Notes under the pieces: generated by a model | Database searches by the model: none | What the model was told of the DNA's origin: nothing | Seen by the model: the letters and a program-made list of their open reading frames with translations, nothing else | In this document: positions 60,574 through 64,000 of the stretch, in pieces | Layout of the letters: each line of letters opens with the position of its first letter | Numbering within the stretch: the first letter of the stretch is position 1 | Source of the DNA: an uncultured delta proteobacterium | GTDB lineage: Bacteria; Desulfobacterota; RBG-13-43-22 | Length of the DNA: 64,000 bases | Direction: 5' to 3' | Assembly: GCA_963743305.1 (NCBI GenBank) | Contig: CAVUPH010000006.1 | Coordinates: 1-64,000 of the forward strand | Translations under genes and position numbers: made by a program

Positions 60574-60850
60574 CTAAGGGCCTATTTGACGGACTTACCA
60601 AAATTCCGTCCATAGTCCGAGTGCGAATCAATCCCGGCCTTTTTCTTTTCCAATTGTTTGTCGGCTTTCTTTACAAATGGAGAAAATTCCTTCTCGACCT
60701 ATTTACTAATTGAATTTACAGCACTTTTTCTTACTTAAGGGGACAACAATTTCATTTTGCCACTTAAACCCGTCGGAATAGCTTACAACTATTTTTGGCA
60801 ACCATTTAGAATAGTAATGATAATATACGTATTTTAAAATAGTTATATTT

Positions 60851-60867
60851 TTGGCAAATCTTTTGCT
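60851..60867 (+). promoter_or_regulatory. Putative sigma54 -24/-12 promoter
   Basis: TTGGCAAATCTTTTGCT (GG-N10-GC) about 90 nt upstream of 60957, with an AT-rich upstream tract. Confidence 0.6.
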
Positions 60868-60956
60868 TGTTATATGTTATAATTTTATTTTGAAGGGGTA
60901 TATACCCCCGGCAAGCCAAATCCTAGAACCAATATCAGGTTAGGGGCTTTAAACTT

Positions 60957-61277
60957 ATGAACCAGAAAGCGATCACTGCCCTGCCCTTTACTACCTGTCT
61001 TTTACCTCTTTCGCTGGTGCTCTTATCCGTGCTGGATGCTTTTTTTACTCTGATTTGTATCCAACGGGGCGGGAGCGAATTAAACCCCTTCATGCGCCTG
61101 GCACTGGGCTATGGACCGGAAACTTTTTTTACGGCCAAGATGCTCCTGACCATCATCCCGGCTATTGTTCTGGCCTCCTTGAGCCGCTTTCGCGCGGCTA
61201 ATTATGGACTGTACCTGGTCAACTTCATTTACATCGGAATCCTTTTCATTCACTTGAAGAACCTCTTCCCGGCATAA
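60957..61277 (+). CDS. DUF5658-like membrane protein
   Basis: LSVLDAFFT..GGSELNPFM..FTAK. Confidence 0.75.
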   Translation: MNQKAITALPFTTCLLPLSLVLLSVLDAFFTLICIQRGGSELNPFMRLALGYGPETFFTAKMLLTIIPAIVLASLSRFRAANYGLYLVNFIYIGILFIHLKNLFPA

Positions 61278-61454
61278 TCACCTAACCATGTCCTCTTGTA
61301 TCCGCGATCTCGTCTGCCTGAGGTCGCCCGCCTGAACCACATTCTCTTGGCGATCCCATCATATCTTCTTTTCTGATTCCTGGTTGCGGATAAGCAGCGA
61401 ATTGGATTAGAATAGGATTATCTTAGACGCTCCACCCTTTGGGGAGGATATTTC

Positions 61455-61772
61455 ATGGGCTCCTTAGCCAAATTCAAAGACTTGTCCATAAACTGGGATA
61501 TGGGTCCGGCCGATGCCGTGGCCGTCCATCTGGAATGGGGGAATACCGGCTATTCCGGCCACTATGGGAACCCCGAATCCGAATCTTTCTATTTCTCCAT
61601 CGACACCTGGCAGGAGCCGTACCTGGTCCGCCTGCAGAAGATGACCAAGGACGGGCCGGAGACGCTGCAGGAATTGGAACTTCCGCGGGAATATTGGAGT
61701 TGTTGTGATTACGCCAAAGGAGTCCACCCCCTGCCCCCGGAGGTGCAAGAGTGGCTGAAAACTTTATTTTAG
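61455..61772 (+). CDS. DVU0772-family-like protein
   Basis: INWDMGPADAV..LEWGN..YFSIDTW. Confidence 0.7.
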   Translation: MGSLAKFKDLSINWDMGPADAVAVHLEWGNTGYSGHYGNPESESFYFSIDTWQEPYLVRLQKMTKDGPETLQELELPREYWSCCDYAKGVHPLPPEVQEWLKTLF

Positions 61773-61853
61773 TTGGATGTCCGATCCGAAGGCCTGGGCA
61801 GGAGTCTACGGACACCCCCGCCCAGGCCCAATTCAGGAAATCGGTCGCTACGC

Positions 61854-64000
61854 TTACTTCCCGGGCATTCGCAACCTTTGCGTATTGGACAGGGTGGTAA
61901 CGGCCCCTCCGGCCCCTATCGTCTTTGAGGGCCAATCTATCGTGCATACATCCCAAACCTGGTCGTCGGTTAGGGTTTGAGGGCCAAAGAAGTAGGATAC
62001 TCCCTGAAGCCAGACCGTGACCGAAGGACTGGTCGGACCTAGATCGTGGTCGGAATAATAATGCACTCTGACCGTATAGCTGCCGTTTTCAAGTTTGTTT
62101 AGACTGATATGTTCCACCGTGCATTGGGTAATGCAGTCCACATCCAGTGCCGGATCATCGCAGGTAATGCCCGGCACTCCCCAGTCAGGATTCTTGTCTA
62201 CATAATAGCATTCGCCGCCACTGGGATTGATAAGATGGAGATCCACATCAGCTCCCGGGGTCGGCCAGTTCAAGGTGATGAGAAGACTTCTATCGTCCGT
62301 AGGTTTGAAGTTGTCGGTCTCGCCCAAGGCCGGTTCGAAAATCCCATTGAAATTACTGTCCTCACAGCCGTCGTCCATTCCTCCATTGTCATTATCCGGG
62401 TCCAGTTCCTTGCGCAGGCCGTCACCGTCTATGTCCGCACTTCGCCGGCTAAAGGCCCCCGCGCTGTTGAAGACGTATTCCCTGATCTCCTTCTTATCCG
62501 GGACCCGGTCATTATCCGAATCCGCATATATTGGATCAGTTTTAAATCGGTTTATTTCATCGAAGTCGTTAATGCCGTCGCCATCGCTGTCGAGCTTAAG
62601 GTCGGCATCGTCCGATTTGACGCTGGGGGCCCCTGTCGTATTGGCAGGGCCGACCCAGACGTGGGCAATAGGGTCGTTGGCATAGCTCACCCATTTGGCC
62701 CCATCCCAGGGATCCAGAAGATGGATGAACTGCCAGGTAGTGACCCCGATAGTGAAATCAAAATAGCCGTCAATAGCCCGCATATGGCCGGGTATGCGGG
62801 CCATGATCGGACGGTTTCCGTCAATCCACGTTTTGATTTGGGCGAAGGTCGGTTTGCCGGCCTGTGCCGGGATAGTAGCCGGGGCGATTCCCAGGGCCCA
62901 GGCAAGGGTATTGGTTTCGATAGGATCCGGTGGTGGAGCAACGCCGACATTGTGCCCCAGTTGTTTTTCAGGTTGGCCACCTTTAAATATTTCATAGGTG
63001 ATGCGATCCTGGCTAAGTTTACCGGTATAATAGGAGGCCATCATGGATATGGAGGCCCGGACACAGTAACAATTCCCGTGGGTGCCCCGTTCCGTATGAG
63101 GGCGGTCCCAAGCCAAATTCCCCGTTTCCGGGTCGCCATCCAGGCAGAGCATGGTGGTATCCTTGTGCTGCAATTGCCAGGTAATACCCAGGGTTTTGAT
63201 GGCCCCTAATGGTCCGCTCACCGGAAAGGTTAAGCTGCGGACCTCAACGCCGGTTGACCAGGGGCTCTCGCTACCGGCCAAGAGGACCTTGACGCGCCAA
63301 TAATAGGTTCCCGCCGCCACCGTGGATGGAGGAACTTCCTTTGAGGGCATATAAACGGCGTTCAAAAGCACTTTGTCCACCGACGGCGAACTGAAGTCGC
63401 TGTTATTGTCCATCTGAAACCGGTAGCCGCTGGCTTTCTCTATGGGTGCCCAAATGACGGAGAAGGTGGCGCCATCAATTGTCGCCCCTGCCGCAGGATA
63501 GAACCAGGATATACCGGGAACGGGGTTTTCGCTGCCCGGGCTCGCCTGATTGGCCGGGTAGAGCGTCCAATCATCCGGGTAGAGGGTCTGACTACCCGGA
63601 AGTGCGCCGATCGTTTCATTTGGCACCCGCGGATCATTCGGAGAGCCGTCTCCTAAACCGCGGGCCAGACTTTTAAACCACTGGGGGGTCCAGAGTCCGG
63701 CCTTGGTGGCATTGGCGGCTCGATCCCCCGGGTCGGCCCCCCAGGCCACAAACGATACGATAGCCGGTTCAGGAAAATCGGTAGGCGGCGCCGGGACTGG
63801 CGGATTGTAACTATTAAATACATTTAGTATAAGCGGGAGAAAAAGTTGAACTTGACCGCCGGCAACGTAAAGGCCTACTTGCCCGGCGGTTTTCCCGAGA
63901 ATATCTACTAAATCCGACCCCGAATGGAGCGTCGCCACATTATCGCTGAAATCATAATCATCGCCGCCACTGCCGGCCCCATCAAAGACCACCACGACGA
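61854..64000 (-). CDS. Large surface protein (5'-partial): Fn3-like, C39-like cysteine peptidase, Ca-binding Asp repeats, YfaP/DUF2135-like C-terminus
   Basis: YYWRV; CVRASISM..PGHMRAIDG..LLDPW; DSDGDG repeats; LNW..ADVDLHLINP..ALDVD. Confidence 0.75.
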   Translation of the reverse strand, partial: VVVVFDGAGSGGDDYDFSDNVATLHSGSDLVDILGKTAGQVGLYVAGGQVQLFLPLILNVFNSYNPPVPAPPTDFPEPAIVSFVAWGADPGDRAANATKAGLWTPQWFKSLARGLGDGSPNDPRVPNETIGALPGSQTLYPDDWTLYPANQASPGSENPVPGISWFYPAAGATIDGATFSVIWAPIEKASGYRFQMDNNSDFSSPSVDKVLLNAVYMPSKEVPPSTVAAGTYYWRVKVLLAGSESPWSTGVEVRSLTFPVSGPLGAIKTLGITWQLQHKDTTMLCLDGDPETGNLAWDRPHTERGTHGNCYCVRASISMMASYYTGKLSQDRITYEIFKGGQPEKQLGHNVGVAPPPDPIETNTLAWALGIAPATIPAQAGKPTFAQIKTWIDGNRPIMARIPGHMRAIDGYFDFTIGVTTWQFIHLLDPWDGAKWVSYANDPIAHVWVGPANTTGAPSVKSDDADLKLDSDGDGINDFDEINRFKTDPIYADSDNDRVPDKKEIREYVFNSAGAFSRRSADIDGDGLRKELDPDNDNGGMDDGCEDSNFNGIFEPALGETDNFKPTDDRSLLITLNWPTPGADVDLHLINPSGGECYYVDKNPDWGVPGITCDDPALDVDCITQCTVEHISLNKLENGSYTVRVHYYSDHDLGPTSPSVTVWLQGVSYFFGPQTLTDDQVWDVCTIDWPSKTIGAGGAVTTLSNTQRLRMPGK

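Noticed and set aside
1-64000. Selenoproteins (in-frame UGA) suggested by selC
   Set aside because: The TGA stops I examined are natural ends or overlap the next start; no Cys-aligned UGA or SECIS found by eye

Overview
64-kb chromosomal window of a probable Desulfobacterota (deltaproteobacterial) anaerobe, judged from a tetraheme cytochrome c3, a DVU0772-like gene, an IspH-UbiA fusion and tRNA-Sec. Many single-base frameshifts look like long-read indel errors. 1-5.5 kb is a decayed accessory zone: MNT/HEPN remnant, abfD 3' fragment, attC-like cassettes, a DUF1566 gene and an IS21 / group II intron / IS66 pile-up. Then come a Snf2-SWIM pair, a secreted papain-fold-like protein, a fatty-acid desaturase, gene relics, mfd, a DUF975-FHA fusion, a Pif1-WYL helicase and a palindromic repeat cluster. 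These are followed by a cNMP-PhcB-like methyltransferase plus membrane HD-GYP pair, selC, dusB-ispH/ubiA-GT2, a fur-feoB-Cys-rich-dtxR/feoA operon with a Fur box, a TPR lipoprotein and a LipS1-Lpl(DUF116)-LipT-LipS2-PfkB lipoylation cluster. At 44.6-53.9 kb lies a Ser/Thr-kinase operon: an FHA-cNMP-pseudoAAA-FeS membrane protein, a TPR receptor kinase and three LysM proteins all ending in FGPK. The window ends with rlmE, radC, tatA, cytochrome c3, ferredoxin, pxpA, a B12 radical SAM gene and a partial secreted C39-like protein. The best candidates for undescribed systems are the FGPK/LysM-TPR kinase-FHA operon and the cNMP-PhcB-like/HD-GYP module. All family calls come from motif recognition by eye; no searches were run.
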